The notes: generated from the sequence alone by a model not told the origin. A stretch of DNA of 64,000 nucleotides from an uncultured Candidatus Binatia bacterium (GCA_965242525.1 OZ251459.1:1664001-1728000), one strand, 5' to 3'. Shown: positions 16,814-30,459, counted from the stretch's first letter. Numbers and translations: made by a program.

Positions 16814-17578
16814 ATGGGTCTTCTGGACGGGAAAGTGGTCATCGTGACCGGCGGGGGAAACGGCATCGGCCGGGCCTACTGCAAGGGCATCGCTCGGGAG
16901 GGCGGCATACCCGTGGCCGCGGACATCGACGAGGCGGCCGCGGCGTCGGCAGCCCGGGAGGTCTCCGGAGAAGGCGCCCGCGCGCTGGGGGTCCGCACCG
17001 ACGTGGCGGACTCCTCCAGTTGCCGGGCCATGGCCCGGGCCGCGCTGGAGGCTTTCGGCCGCATCGACGGGCTGGTCAACAACGCCGCGGTCTTCCTCAG
17101 CGTGCCGGTGACCCGCTCGGGCTTCCAGGACATCCGGGAGGAAGAGTGGGACCGGGTCATGGCGGTGAACGTCAAGGGGCTGTGGTTGTGCAGCCGCGCG
17201 GTGGCCCCGGCCATGCAGGAACGACGCCAAGGAAGCATCGTCAACATCGCCTCGAACATGGCCTACAACGGCGGCGCCGGCATGATGCACTACGTGGTGT
17301 CCAAGGCCGCGGTGGTGGGCTTCAGCCGGGTCCTGGCCCGTGAGCTGGGCCCCTTCGACATCCGCGTGAACACCCTCGCCCCGGGGTCCACCGCGAGCGA
17401 GCCCGATCCCACCGAGGCCGCCCTCCGGGAATACGAGCGGTCCGCGGCCAAGCGCATGCTCAACCGCATCGAACGGCCGGAGGACGTGGTGGGGACCGCG
17501 CTGTACCTGCTTTCGGATTTGAGCGCCTTCGTCACCGGTCAGTCCATCCTGGTGAACGGCGGCGCCAACCTGCATTGA
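16814..17578 (+). CDS. Short-chain dehydrogenase/reductase
   Basis: TGGGNGIG, NNAA, YVVSK; AAGGAAGG upstream of ATG 16814. Confidence 0.93.
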   Translation: MGLLDGKVVIVTGGGNGIGRAYCKGIAREGGIPVAADIDEAAAASAAREVSGEGARALGVRTDVADSSSCRAMARAALEAFGRIDGLVNNAAVFLSVPVTRSGFQDIREEEWDRVMAVNVKGLWLCSRAVAPAMQERRQGSIVNIASNMAYNGGAGMMHYVVSKAAVVGFSRVLARELGPFDIRVNTLAPGSTASEPDPTEAALREYERSAAKRMLNRIERPEDVVGTALYLLSDLSAFVTGQSILVNGGANLH

Positions 17579-17718
17579 CGCCCGGCGAAGGGGTTCGACG
17601 AAAGGTTTGACAAAACCCGCCCTTTGGTCGAACTTGGCAAGTGCGCGCGTCCCCCGGGGCGCGCGGGAGGACGGTAACGGTCCGGGACGCTCCCGGCCTT
17701 GCAGCAAGGAGTCGAGCC

Positions 17719-18807
17719 ATGTCCAGCCAGGAGAAGATCCAGGTCATCGATGCGGACGCCCACGTGATCGAGACGGAACGCACGTGGGACTACCTGGAGC
17801 CGTCGGAGGAGAAGTTCCGCCCCGCGCTGTTCGCGTCGCCCCAGGAGCCCACCAAGCAATACTGGGTCATCGACGAGAAGATCCGCGGGTTCCGCTTCCC
17901 CACCTTCAGCGAGCAGCAACTGCGCGACCTGTCGGACCAGTTCGGAAGGAACGTCGAGTCCCCCCAGGCGGCCCGGGAACTGGACGACGTGCAGCTTCGC
18001 ATCGACCACATGGACCAACTGGGCATCGACGTGCAGGTGCTGCACAACACCTTCTGGATCGAGCAGATCACCTCGAAGCCGGACGTGGAGGCCGCCCTGT
18101 GCCGGAGCTGGAACCGCTGGCTGGGGGACATCTACCGCCAGAGCCAAGGGCGGCTGCGCTGGTCCTGCGTGCTGCCGGTGATGACCCTGGACGAGGCCGC
18201 GGCGCAGATGAAGCAGGCCAGGGAAGACGGCGCGGTGGCCGTCTGCATGCGGCCCCTGGAGGGGGAGCGGGACATGACCGACCCGTACTTCTACCCCATC
18301 TACCAGCAGGCCAGCGACCTGGACCTCGCCGTCGCGGTGCACATCGCCAACGGCAACCCGGTCAACTGCGACACCTACCGCCTGACCGCGGCGGGCCGCT
18401 TCGCCATGTTCCGGGCGCCCACGGTCACCTCGTGCCTGGGGCTGCTGATGAGCGAGATCCCCGACGTCTTCCCCGACCTGCGGTGGGGCTTCATCGAAGC
18501 CTCCGCCCAGTGGGTGCCGTGGATCTACCTGGAGGCGGAGAACCGCTACCAGGTGGTGGGGCGGAAGTTCCCCAGGGACGTCTTCCAGGAATACGGCATA
18601 TTCGTCACCTGCCAGACCAACGACGACATCCCCTACGTCATCCGGTACGCCGGCGAGGGGGGCTTGGTCATCGGCACCGACTACGGCCACACGGACCCGT
18701 CCAGCGAGATGGACGCCATCCGCGACCTGAAGCAGATGACCCGCCTGAGCCAGGAGAGCAAGGACAACATCCTCTACCACAACCCCAAGGCCCTGTACGG
18801 CCTGTAG
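17719..18807 (+). CDS. Amidohydrolase_2 family protein (paralogue of 12719-13789)
   Basis: IDADAHVIETE, AVH, GTDYGH, NPKALYGL; AAGGAG RBS. Confidence 0.9.
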   Translation: MSSQEKIQVIDADAHVIETERTWDYLEPSEEKFRPALFASPQEPTKQYWVIDEKIRGFRFPTFSEQQLRDLSDQFGRNVESPQAARELDDVQLRIDHMDQLGIDVQVLHNTFWIEQITSKPDVEAALCRSWNRWLGDIYRQSQGRLRWSCVLPVMTLDEAAAQMKQAREDGAVAVCMRPLEGERDMTDPYFYPIYQQASDLDLAVAVHIANGNPVNCDTYRLTAAGRFAMFRAPTVTSCLGLLMSEIPDVFPDLRWGFIEASAQWVPWIYLEAENRYQVVGRKFPRDVFQEYGIFVTCQTNDDIPYVIRYAGEGGLVIGTDYGHTDPSSEMDAIRDLKQMTRLSQESKDNILYHNPKALYGL

Positions 18808-18940
18808 GACCGTACCGGCGCCGGCGCCAAGCCGCGGCGCGCGTCGTCGGCCGTCCCGTCCAAGTCACCGTCCGTTCGGACGAGCGGCTCCCCCGGGATC
18901 CCGTCCGGGCAGGCGCAAGCGGATCGCAAAAAGAGGCGGG

Positions 18941-19014
18941 TGGGCCCACCTGGACTCGAACCAGGGACCTACCGGTTATGAGCCGGTGGCTCTAACCAAC
19001 TGAGCTATGGGCCC
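18941..19014 (-). tRNA. tRNA with CAT anticodon, most likely tRNA-Ile2 (lysidine); CCA not encoded
   Basis: GGGCCCA acceptor stem, TAGCTCAGTTGG D arm, ACCGG-CTCATAA-CCGGT, GGTTCGAGTCC T arm; G1-C72 pair argues against initiator; lies downstream of rpoD. Confidence 0.93.
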
Positions 19015-19065
19015 GGAAACCGGGGAACGAACGAAGGAAGCGCGCCCACCGCGCAAGGGAGGCCC

Positions 19066-20910
<1,845 letters not shown>

Positions 20911-22621
20911 TGCCGCATCCTCTCTTTCTTGGCTTCGTCGTCGCTGGACTCTTCCGCGACACGGATCGCCCGGCACAACTCCCGTTCGAGGCTCCTCAGG
21001 TATCGTCTTTGCAGAAAGAAGATACAATCGGACGTCATCCGGTCCCGCTGTTCCTCGGCGATCTCCTGGCCTCGCAGCGCCAACGCGGCCACCTCCGACG
21101 CGAGCTCGGCCGGCAGCCCCTCGGTCAACGCGCCCACCTCCACGCCGGTATCGGGCCCGGCCAGGAGCCGCCGGATCACCTCGCGCCACTTGTCGGTCAC
21201 GAGCTTTTCCATGGGCTGCCGCCGCAACGCCGCGGCCACCGACGGGAAGCGCAGCATCAGCGCCACCAGCGAGGATTCGGCCAGGTCCTCGCCCGGGGAC
21301 CACCGCTCCCGGTCGCCGCCGACCCTGCCGCCGCTCCCCGAAGTCCTCGCGGCCGCCCCGCGGTCCTCCCCGGCGTGACGGCGCAAGGTCTCTTCCCGGA
21401 TGCCCAGCAGGTCCGCGGACCGCCGCGCCAGCAGCTCCCGGTCGAAAGGGTTGGCGACCTTGGCGAGCGTTCGCCCGACCTCGTTGGCCAACCGGCTCTT
21501 GCCGCCGAGACCGCCGCCGCAGCTATCCCGCAGCCAGTTCAGGTAATAGTCCACCACCGGCACGGCGTCCGCCAGCACCTGCTCCAGCGCCGCCTTGCCC
21601 CGGGACCTCACGAAGGTGTCCGGGTCTTCCCCCTGGGGGAGGAACGCGGCCTGCCCCCAGACGCCGGCCTGCTGGAACGCCTCGAAGCTGCGGGCCGCGG
21701 CGTTCCGCCCCGCGGCGTCCCCGTCGAACAGGGCGGTGACGTTCCGGGTGTAACGGGCGAGCAGCCTCAGGTGGTCGGCCGTCAGGGCCGTGCCGAGGGT
21801 CGCCACCGCGTGGGGCACGCCGGACTGGGCCAGCGCCAGCACGTCCAGGTAGCCCTCCACCACCACCACCCGGTCCATGGCCCGGACCCCTTCCCTCGCC
21901 TGCCCCAGGCCATAGACCTGCGAGCCCTTGTGGAAGAGGGGCGTCTCCGGCGAGTTGAGGTACTTGGGACTGCCGTCGTCGATGACCCGGCCGCCGAAGC
22001 CCACGACCTTGCCGCCCGGGTCCGTGATGGGGAAGATGATCCGGTCGAAGAACCTGTCGCGGTAGCGGCCCCGTTCCCTCTCCACCAACAGCCCCGCTTC
22101 CGCGGCCTCTCCCGGCGCGGTCCGGAACCGGCCCGCGAGGGCGTCGCCCCGGGGCGCGAAGCCGAGGCGGAAGAGCCGCCAAAGGCTCTCGTCCACCCCC
22201 CGCTCCTTCAGGTAGGCCCGGCCCCGGGCGCCTTGGGAGGCGTCCTGCAACTGCGCCTGGAAGAACTCCGCAGCCTGCTCGTTCAACCGGAACAGGTCGC
22301 CGCGCCGGGCGTCCCGCCGGGCGCCTCCGGGGTCGGAGGACTCGACGCGGATGCCGTACCGCTCCGCCAACCGTTCCACCGACTCCGGGAAGGTGAGCCC
22401 GTCGTACAGCATCAGGAACTTGAAGACGTCTCCCCCCGCCTGGCAACCGAAGCAGTAGAAGACCCCCTTTTCCTCGTTGACCGTAAAGGACGGGGTCTTC
22501 TCGGAATGGAAGGGACACAGACCGGAGTAGTTGTGGCCGGTCTTCCTGAGGGTAACGTAGTCGGAGACCACCTCCACGATGGAGGAACGCGCGCGAACCT
22601 CTCGAGTGGTCTTGTCGGAGA

Positions 22622-23263
22622 TCATGCGCCGTGTCGGGAACCGTCCCCGGCGGGGTCCGGCGGGGCCGGAGCCGGTTCCGTTGCATCCGGCGCCGCCGCG
22701 CCCGGTTCCGCGGTATCCGGCCGGGCCGGCCCAGATCCGGCCGCGTCCGGCGCCGGGGACCCCGACAGGTCGCGCCACCGGACGGACACGCCCATGGCCA
22801 TGGCGGTCCGGCCGAACCGGTAGAGCGGGCCGACCAGGGCCGAGGAGCCGAACTCCTGCTCCACGTCTTGCGGAATCCACGCCTGGGACACCAGGAAGAA
22901 GAGCGCCACGCCCATGAACACCGCGCCCTTGGCGCCGCCCACCAGCAGGCCTCCCAGACGGTTGAAGCCGCCGAGGAACAGGAGGCTGGCCGACCTGTGG
23001 AGCAGGAGCCCCACGTAGTTGAGGCCGATGTAAACCAGGAAGAAGATGGCGACGAAGACGAGGACCTTGAGGAGGATCGGCGAGTAGGGCCAGAAATCGA
23101 CCCGGAGGGAAACGGGTTCGAAGTACCGCAGGGAGAGGATCAAGCCCACCGCAAGGCCCAGCAAGGCGAATACCTCCCGGAACAGCCCCTTGACGTATCC
23201 CCTTGCGGCAAACACGCACAGGACTGCCGCCAGCACTGCGTCAACGATGTTCACAGCGGCCAT
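22622..23263 (-). CDS. cvpA: CvpA family membrane protein
   Basis: NIVD...RGYVKGLFRE, NRLGG..G; ATGA overlap with dnaG. Confidence 0.85.
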   Translation of the reverse strand: MAAVNIVDAVLAAVLCVFAARGYVKGLFREVFALLGLAVGLILSLRYFEPVSLRVDFWPYSPILLKVLVFVAIFFLVYIGLNYVGLLLHRSASLLFLGGFNRLGGLLVGGAKGAVFMGVALFFLVSQAWIPQDVEQEFGSSALVGPLYRFGRTAMAMGVSVRWRDLSGSPAPDAAGSGPARPDTAEPGAAAPDATEPAPAPPDPAGDGSRHGA

Positions 23264-23370
23264 GGAGGGCTGATGGTCTCGGGTCCCCGGCAGGCTCCCA
23301 CGCGAATCCTCCGTGACCTTGCGGGATCAGGCTCGGCCGGTGGTCGTCCCGAGATCCCGGTGCGGGACTC

Positions 23371-23571
23371 CTAGCGCCACTGATGACTTCGAGCGCGCTT
23401 CATGGCGCGTTTCTTGGCTGCGATGGCCTTCCTCTTGCGCTTGACGCTCGGTTTCTCATAGTGTTCCCGCTTGCGCAGTTCCGCCAGGATCCCGGCTTTC
23501 TCGCACTGCTTCTTGAAACGCCGGATGGCGCTCTCGATGGACTCGTTGTCCTTGATTCGAACCCCTGTCAT
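23371..23571 (-). CDS. rpsU: 30S ribosomal protein S21
   Basis: [28 protein letters not shown]. Confidence 0.97.
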   Translation of the reverse strand: MTGVRIKDNESIESAIRRFKKQCEKAGILAELRKREHYEKPSVKRKRKAIAAKKRAMKRARSHQWR

Positions 23572-23600
23572 ATGGTTTTTCCGCTCCCCAGGTCAGTCGC

Positions 23601-23628
23601 AATATAGCCAATCAGCCATCCAAGTCAA
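23601..23628 (-). promoter_or_regulatory. Candidate sigma70 promoter for rpsU
   Basis: TTGACT-16 nt-TATATT on the minus strand. Confidence 0.5.
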
Positions 23629-24409
23629 CCCTGGACGCCCCTTTCGGGACCGGCTCCGGCGCGGGCGTCGAAAGACAGTGGAGGAAGAACTCCCGGTTCC
23701 CCTTGGGTCCGGGCAGCGGGGACGGGAACGCCGGGGCGCGCTCCAGCCCCAGGGCGTCCACCGCGGTCGCCACCTCGCCGACCACCCGCCGGCGCTCCTC
23801 CTCCGAGCGCACCACCCCGCCCTTGCCCACCTTGCCCTTGCCCACTTCGAACTGGGGCTTGACCAGGGCCAAGACTTCGAACCGGTCCGCCAGCAGCCGA
23901 CACACCCGGGGGAGCACCAGCCGCAACGATATGAACGAGACGTCCACCACCGCCAGGTCCGGCCTCTCCCCAAGGCCGCCGGGGTCCAGGAGGCGGATGT
24001 TGGTGCGCTCCAGCACCGCCACCCGAGGGTCCTGCCGAAGCCGCCAGTCGAGCTGTCCGTAACCCACGTCCACCGCATGGACCCGGGCCGCGCCGTGTTG
24101 CAGCAGGCAATCGGTGAAACCTCCGGTGGACGCCCCCACGTCCAGCGCCGCCCGGCCCGCGGGGTCGATGCCGAAGTGCCCCAGGGCCGCTTCGAGCTTC
24201 TCCCCTCCGCGGCTCACGTAGCGGGAACGCGCCTTGAGCCGCAAGCGCGAGTCGCGCCTCACCAGGGTCCCGGCCTTGGTCACGGGCTCGTCGTCCACCA
24301 GCACCGCTCCCGCCAGGATGTACCGGTGCGCCTCCTCGCGGCTGCGAGCCAGCGACGACTCCACCAGCACCCGGTCCAGGCGTTCCCTGGCCGTCCCCCT
24401 TCGCGTCAT
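23612..24409 (-). CDS. tlyA: TlyA family rRNA methyltransferase
   Basis: RLD S4 domain, YVSRGGEKL, DVGASTGGFTD, DVSFISL, LVKPQFE, GPKGNREF. Confidence 0.95.
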   Translation of the reverse strand: MTRRGTARERLDRVLVESSLARSREEAHRYILAGAVLVDDEPVTKAGTLVRRDSRLRLKARSRYVSRGGEKLEAALGHFGIDPAGRAALDVGASTGGFTDCLLQHGAARVHAVDVGYGQLDWRLRQDPRVAVLERTNIRLLDPGGLGERPDLAVVDVSFISLRLVLPRVCRLLADRFEVLALVKPQFEVGKGKVGKGGVVRSEEERRRVVGEVATAVDALGLERAPAFPSPLPGPKGNREFFLHCLSTPAPEPVPKGASRVDLDG

Positions 24410-24464
24410 CGTCCCTGCGCTCCCGGGCGCCCGCGGCGCCCCCTCATCCGCCCCCGCGTCTGCA

Positions 24465-24770
24465 TCACTCCGCGGGCTCCTCCTCCACGAACTCCTGGAG
24501 CCTGGACTTGCCGTCGGCGTCCCGGGTCAGCACCTCGATCCGCCGCTCGACCTCGCCGAGCTTCCGGTTGCAGACCCGGATGAGGCCGACCCCTTCCTCG
24601 AAGGTCGCCAGCGACTCCTCCAGGTTCAACTCTCCGCTCTCGATGCGCTCCACCACCGCTTCGAGGGACCCGAGGCATTCCTCGAAGCTCCGGTCCTCCC
24701 GCGGCTCGCCGTCCTCCTGCGTCCCGCCGGCATCCCGCGTCCCTTCCGTCTGCGCGTCTTCCTGCGACAT
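24465..24770 (-). CDS. xseB: Exodeoxyribonuclease VII small subunit
   Basis: SFEECLGSLEAVVERIESGELNLEESLATFEEG. Confidence 0.93.
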   Translation of the reverse strand: MSQEDAQTEGTRDAGGTQEDGEPREDRSFEECLGSLEAVVERIESGELNLEESLATFEEGVGLIRVCNRKLGEVERRIEVLTRDADGKSRLQEFVEEEPAE

Positions 24771-24820
24771 CCCGAAACCCTCCCCGAGGCGATGCTCCGC
24801 GGCCGGACCCCAGCCTCCGG

Positions 24821-26047
24821 CTACTCCTCCACGTCCTCCACCTGGCAGACAGCCCGCCCCGCGGCGAAATCGACCCGCACGCGATGGCCCTTGCGGAGCG
24901 ACGAGGCGTCCTTGACGATGCCGCCGTCCGGGACCCGATACACGATGCTGTAACCGCGCCCCAGCACCGCCAGCGGATCCACCCCGCGCAACCGTTCTGT
25001 TAGGTGGCCCAGACGCTCCCGCAGCCGCGACACCGACTCATCCTGGCGGCGCAGCAACCGCCGGGAGAGGTCGTCCAGACGCATCTGCCCCTGGCGCAGG
25101 CCGCGGCTGGGGTCCGCCAACCGGCGGGCCCAGTGCCGCAGGCTCTCGCGCCGGCGCTCCATGGGGCCTTCCACCCCCCGCCGGAGGCGGCCCGAGAGCG
25201 CCGCCAGCCGTTCCGCCAGCTCGCGCCGGACGGGCGTCACCATCTCCGCCGCGGCGGTGGGGGTGGCGGCCCGCCGGTCCGCCGCGAAGTCCGCGATGGT
25301 CACGTCGATCTCGTGGCCCACCGCGGACACCACCGGCGTCCCGGCCGCGGCAATGGCCCGGGCCACCGCCTCCTCGTTGAAGGCCCAGAGGTCCTCCAGC
25401 GAGCCGCCGCCCCGTCCGACGATCATCACGTCCGGCAGGCCGCTCCCGTCCAGTTCCCGGATCCCCCGGGCGATCTCTTCCGCGGCGCCCTCGCCCTGCA
25501 CCCGCACCGGGCGGATCACCACCCGTCGGTCCGGAAACCGCTGCCCCAGGATGGCCAGCATGTCCCGCACCGCGGCGCCGTGGATCGAGGTGACGATGCC
25601 GATGGTCCGGGGCAGGAACGGCAGGGGCTTCTTCCGCTCCCGGTCGAACAACCCCTCCCGCTCCAGCCGGTTCTTCAACTGCTCGAAGGCGACGGCCAAC
25701 GCGCCCTTGCCCCGGGCCTCGGCCTCCTCCGCGTAGAACTGCACCGCGCCGCGCGCCTCGTACAGGCCCACGCGCCCGAAGCACACCAACTGCATGCCGT
25801 CTTCCAGGCGGAACCGCAGCCTCTCGGCGTAGCGGCGGAACATCACCGCGGCGATCTGCGAACGATGGTCCTTGAGGGTGAAATAGGCGTGTCCGGACGG
25901 AGCCGCGTACACGTTGGAGAGCTCCCCCGCCACCCACAGGCCGTCCATGCCCGTTTCCAGCCGGCCCCGGATGATCTCGTTGAGATCGCTGACCGACAGC
26001 ACCGCGGACGGTTCGGAAGCGGGGCGCGGCGAGAGGGGAAGGGACAT
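24821..26047 (-). CDS. xseA: Exodeoxyribonuclease VII large subunit
   Basis: GELSN, SGHAYFTLKD, RGGGSLEDLWAFN, SAVGHEID, TPTAAAE. Confidence 0.95.
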   Translation of the reverse strand: MSLPLSPRPASEPSAVLSVSDLNEIIRGRLETGMDGLWVAGELSNVYAAPSGHAYFTLKDHRSQIAAVMFRRYAERLRFRLEDGMQLVCFGRVGLYEARGAVQFYAEEAEARGKGALAVAFEQLKNRLEREGLFDRERKKPLPFLPRTIGIVTSIHGAAVRDMLAILGQRFPDRRVVIRPVRVQGEGAAEEIARGIRELDGSGLPDVMIVGRGGGSLEDLWAFNEEAVARAIAAAGTPVVSAVGHEIDVTIADFAADRRAATPTAAAEMVTPVRRELAERLAALSGRLRRGVEGPMERRRESLRHWARRLADPSRGLRQGQMRLDDLSRRLLRRQDESVSRLRERLGHLTERLRGVDPLAVLGRGYSIVYRVPDGGIVKDASSLRKGHRVRVDFAAGRAVCQVEDVEE

Positions 26048-26054
26048 GACGGCT

Positions 26055-27365
26055 TCAGGCGGCCTTTCCCGGACGGGCCAGCCCCCGGAAGATCTCCCAA
26101 CCCTTGAGCAGCTCCATGGCGCGCTCCACCAGGGGGTCGCTCCGGAGCCTCCGGACCATGTCCTCCCGGACGGTCGCGCCCTCCCCCGGACCCTCGCCCC
26201 CGTCATCCTGCCTGAGGCCCTCCGACCGCGCCTCTTCGGCCCCGTCCCCCGGCCGGGGCTGCGCGCTCGGGTCCATGACGATGTCCGGCCGGATCCCGGT
26301 CTCGTGTATGGACCGGCCGTTGGGGGTGAAGTACTCCGCGGTGGTCAGGCGCAGGGCCGAGCGGTCGTCCAGCGGCAGTATGGTCTGGACCAGCCCCTTG
26401 CCGAAGGTCCGGGCGCCCACGACCAAGGCCCGCTTGTGGTCCTGGAGCGCCCCGGCGACGATCTCCGAAGCGCTGGCGCTGCCCCCGTTCACCAGCACCA
26501 CCATGGGGAAGTCGGTGCGGGAACCCTCCCGGGTGGCGGGGAACTTCTGCTTCTGCCGCTCCAGGCGTCCGTCCGTATAGACGATCAGGCCGGAGTCGAG
26601 GAACAGGTCCGATACGCTCACGGCCTGGCCCAGGAGCCCCCCCGGGTTGTTGCGCAGGTCGAGGATGAGGCCCTTGACCGCGCCGTCCTCGGGTTCGTTC
26701 CCGGCCACCGCCTCCGCGAGGTCCTCGCCGGTCCCGTTCTGGAACTGTGCGATGCGCGCATACACGAACCCCGGCTCCAGCACGTGGGCGCGCACGCTGT
26801 TGATGCGGATCACGTCCCGAACGATGGTGAAGGTCAGGAGCTTGTCGTGGCCCTTTCGCCGGACCTGGATGGTGACGCTGGTTCCCTGGGGTCCCCGGAG
26901 GCGCTTGACCGCCTCCCCGAGGCCCAGGTCCTCGGTGGACTCGTCGTCGATGCCCACGATCTGGTCGCCCGTCCGCACTCCCGCCCGGGCCGCGGGGGTG
27001 TCCTCGATGGGCGAAACCACCGTCAGCAGGCCGTCGCGCACGGTGATCTCCAGGCCGAGTCCGCCGAAACGCCCCTCGGTCTCGGTCTGGAGCTCCTGGT
27101 AGGCCTCCTCGGTCAGGTACCCGCTGTGGGGGTCCAGGGACCTCATCATCCCCCGGATGGCCCCGGCCACGAGGGTCTCGGTGTCCACCTCCTCCAGGTA
27201 GTTCTCCCGGACCATGGCCAGGACGTTCGCGAAGGTCTCCAGGCTCCGGTAGCCGTCGGGCCCCACGGCCGAGACCCGGGGCGCCAGCAGCCCCGCAACG
27301 AAGAGGACCCAGCCCAGGGCGAGAAACCAGCCATACATGCGGTGCTTCCGATACCAGGAGCTCAT
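26055..27365 (-). CDS. S41 family carboxy-terminal processing protease
   Basis: LDPHS, PDZ GLGL, DLRNNPGG, SASASEI, TFGKG; start may be slightly downstream. Confidence 0.93.
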   Translation of the reverse strand: MSSWYRKHRMYGWFLALGWVLFVAGLLAPRVSAVGPDGYRSLETFANVLAMVRENYLEEVDTETLVAGAIRGMMRSLDPHSGYLTEEAYQELQTETEGRFGGLGLEITVRDGLLTVVSPIEDTPAARAGVRTGDQIVGIDDESTEDLGLGEAVKRLRGPQGTSVTIQVRRKGHDKLLTFTIVRDVIRINSVRAHVLEPGFVYARIAQFQNGTGEDLAEAVAGNEPEDGAVKGLILDLRNNPGGLLGQAVSVSDLFLDSGLIVYTDGRLERQKQKFPATREGSRTDFPMVVLVNGGSASASEIVAGALQDHKRALVVGARTFGKGLVQTILPLDDRSALRLTTAEYFTPNGRSIHETGIRPDIVMDPSAQPRPGDGAEEARSEGLRQDDGGEGPGEGATVREDMVRRLRSDPLVERAMELLKGWEIFRGLARPGKAA

Positions 27366-27443
27366 GGTAGGGTCTCCTCCGGTTGACGGTCGGTTGATTC
27401 TAGACCTTGGCGCCGCGAACGCAAACCCCGCGCCCCTCCCGGC

Positions 27444-28652
27444 TCAGCGCTGCCGGCGCCTGGCCGAGCGCCCGAACCGCGGGAACGGGTCCACCGGCTT
27501 GCGGTTCTTCCTCATCTCGAAATAGAGACGGGACTCGCCGGACGATCCACGCTCCCCGACCCAGGCGATGCGCTCGCCTCGCTCCACCCGGTCTTCCTTC
27601 GCCTTGTCGAGTTCCGAGAGGCGTCCGTAAACCGTGTGGTAGCCGCTGCCGTGGTCGATGACGAGCATCCTGCCGTAGCCCGGCATCCGATCGACGGCGA
27701 GCACCCGGCCGCGGTCCATGGCGCGGACCTCGGCGCCCGCGGGGGCGGCGATGTCGATGCCCGGAAGGTGGACCTCCAGGTCCAGCTCCGGGTGCTTGTG
27801 GGCGCCGAACCTGCTGACGATCCTGCCCCTGATCGGGATCTCCAGGCGTCCGGCCCCGGTGACGCCCGGCGCGGATGCGGCGACGCGGCCCTTGTCGTCC
27901 CCGGGGTCCTCCGTTCCCTGAACGGGGTCTCCCGCGAGGTCCGGCGCCGACCCGGATTTCTTGATGAGCCGGTCCAGACGGCGGCGGGACCGTTGCAACT
28001 CCTTCTCCAGGTCGGCGAGACGCCGCCGCTTGCGCGCCCGCTCATCCTTCAGTTCCGCCCGCAACGCCGCCACCTGGTCGCGCTCCTCGGACAGCTTCCG
28101 CCGACGGGCGCCCACCTCCTTGCGGAGGTCCCGGCTCCGACGCGCGTCCCGGGAAAGGCCGCGGACCAGCTCCCGGTCCCGGTTCAGCACGGTTTCCAGG
28201 AAGCGCTTGCGCCGCATCAGCTCGAGCGCCGAGAAGTCGCCGTTGAGGAGCACGAAGGGCGTTCCGGCGCGCCGCCAGCGGTAGAGGGCGCGCACCCGGC
28301 CGGCCAGGGCCCTCCGGCCCTGCTCCAAGGCCGCGGCGGCCTCGCCGGACGCCTCCACCGCCCGGTCCAGCTCCCGTTCCTGCCGCGGCAGGAGCGAGTC
28401 CAGGGTCTTCAACCGCCGGGTCTTGCGGGCCAAGTCGGCTTCGATCTCGCCCAGCACCTCCAGCACCGACGTCCGGCCCCGCCGGACCCGGTCGAGGGCC
28501 TCCCTTTCCTGCCGGATGCGCCGCTCCGTCTCCCGGGGCCGGTCCGTCTGCTGCGCCTGCGCGGGCCACGAGCAGGCCAGCAAGAGGCAGAGGCCGGCTG
28601 CGGCCGCGCGGCCCGGGGGCAAGGCGCGGGCTTCGGTCCCGGGGAGCGTCAA
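27444..28652 (-). CDS. envC: EnvC-like murein hydrolase activator (coiled coil plus M23 domain)
   Basis: Follows ftsX with a TTGA overlap; signal-like segment, long coiled coil, GIDI, IDHG..Y.TVY, LYFEMR..PVDP. Confidence 0.85.
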   Translation of the reverse strand: MTLPGTEARALPPGRAAAAGLCLLLACSWPAQAQQTDRPRETERRIRQEREALDRVRRGRTSVLEVLGEIEADLARKTRRLKTLDSLLPRQERELDRAVEASGEAAAALEQGRRALAGRVRALYRWRRAGTPFVLLNGDFSALELMRRKRFLETVLNRDRELVRGLSRDARRSRDLRKEVGARRRKLSEERDQVAALRAELKDERARKRRRLADLEKELQRSRRRLDRLIKKSGSAPDLAGDPVQGTEDPGDDKGRVAASAPGVTGAGRLEIPIRGRIVSRFGAHKHPELDLEVHLPGIDIAAPAGAEVRAMDRGRVLAVDRMPGYGRMLVIDHGSGYHTVYGRLSELDKAKEDRVERGERIAWVGERGSSGESRLYFEMRKNRKPVDPFPRFGRSARRRQR

Positions 28653-29541
28653 ACCAGGAACCTCCTCACCGACAGCAGGCTCCCGGCGATCCCCAGCAGC
28701 CATCCCATGACCACCAGTTGCACGCACTGCCGGGGGTCCAGGAACGCGAGCTGCTCCACCGGCGCCAAGGCCCCGAAGGGGGCCAGCGCGTCCGCGGTCA
28801 GCAGGGAGAACGACGCCCGCAGCAGGACCAGGGCGGCGCATCCCCCCGCGAGCCCCTGTATCATCCCCTCGATGACGAACGGAGCCTTGATCAGCCCGTC
28901 CGCGGCCCCCACCAGTTGCATGATCCGGATCTCGTCCTGCCGCGACACGATGGCGAGCTTGATGGTGCTGCCGACGATCAGGCACGCCACCAGGAAGAGG
29001 AACCCGCCGAGCACCCACTTGAGCCATTCGACGCCGACCATCAGCACCCGCACCTTCTCCAGCCAGGTCTCCGGGTACTCCACGTCCTGGACCCCCTCCA
29101 GCGCCTCCACGCGCCGGGCCAGTCCCAGCACCGCTTCGCGGGAACGGAAAGCGGACCGCAACTCCAGGTCCAGGGAGGCGGGGAGGACCTTCGAGTCCAG
29201 GCCCTCCAGGATCCCGGACTGGGCGCCCAGGGTCTTGCGGAAGTCCTCCCAGGCGCGCTCCCTGGACACGTAGCGCACCGCCTTCACCTCCGGGTAGGAG
29301 GCCATCCGGGCCCGGAGGGTCTCCGCGGCCCCCGGGTCCACCCCGTCGCCCAGATAGACGAACACCTGGATCTCGTCGCTCCAACCCTTCACCAGCCTGC
29401 CGAGGTTCTCCTGGACGAGCAGGAACCCGCCGAACACGAACAGCGTCACGGCCATGACCCCGGCGGTGAGCACGTGGGTCCACAGTAGCTCCCGCAGGCT
29501 CCTGATGACCCGGACGGCCACGAACGGGACGTAGGCGCTTC

Positions 29542-29545
<4 letters not shown>
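28649..29545 (-). CDS. ftsX: Cell division permease FtsX
   Basis: TIKLAIVSRQDEIRIMQLVGA...IKAPFVIEG; four TM segments. Confidence 0.92.
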
Positions 29546-30222
<677 letters not shown>

Positions 30223-30459
30223 GGAAGTCCGGGAAGAGTCCGGAAATACCGTCTTTACGACGCCTTCCGCCTTGACATCGCCGCCGGACGGCTGGTACCG
30301 TGGTGGAAATGCGTCCGTTGCCGGTTCCGGGTCCTCTCGACGCAGGCAACAGTAAAACATTCCCGGAACGAAAAGGAAAACCGCGGCGAGGCAGGCGCGG
30401 CCTGCGCGCCGCCCGTTCCCCGCGCGCCAGGACGCCCGCTCGATGAGGAGTTCCACCCC

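Noticed and set aside
18941-19014. tRNA as an island integration site, or initiator tRNA-Met
   Set aside because: No integrase or duplicated tRNA 3' end seen; the G1-C72 pair and lack of three consecutive G-C anticodon-stem pairs argue against initiator
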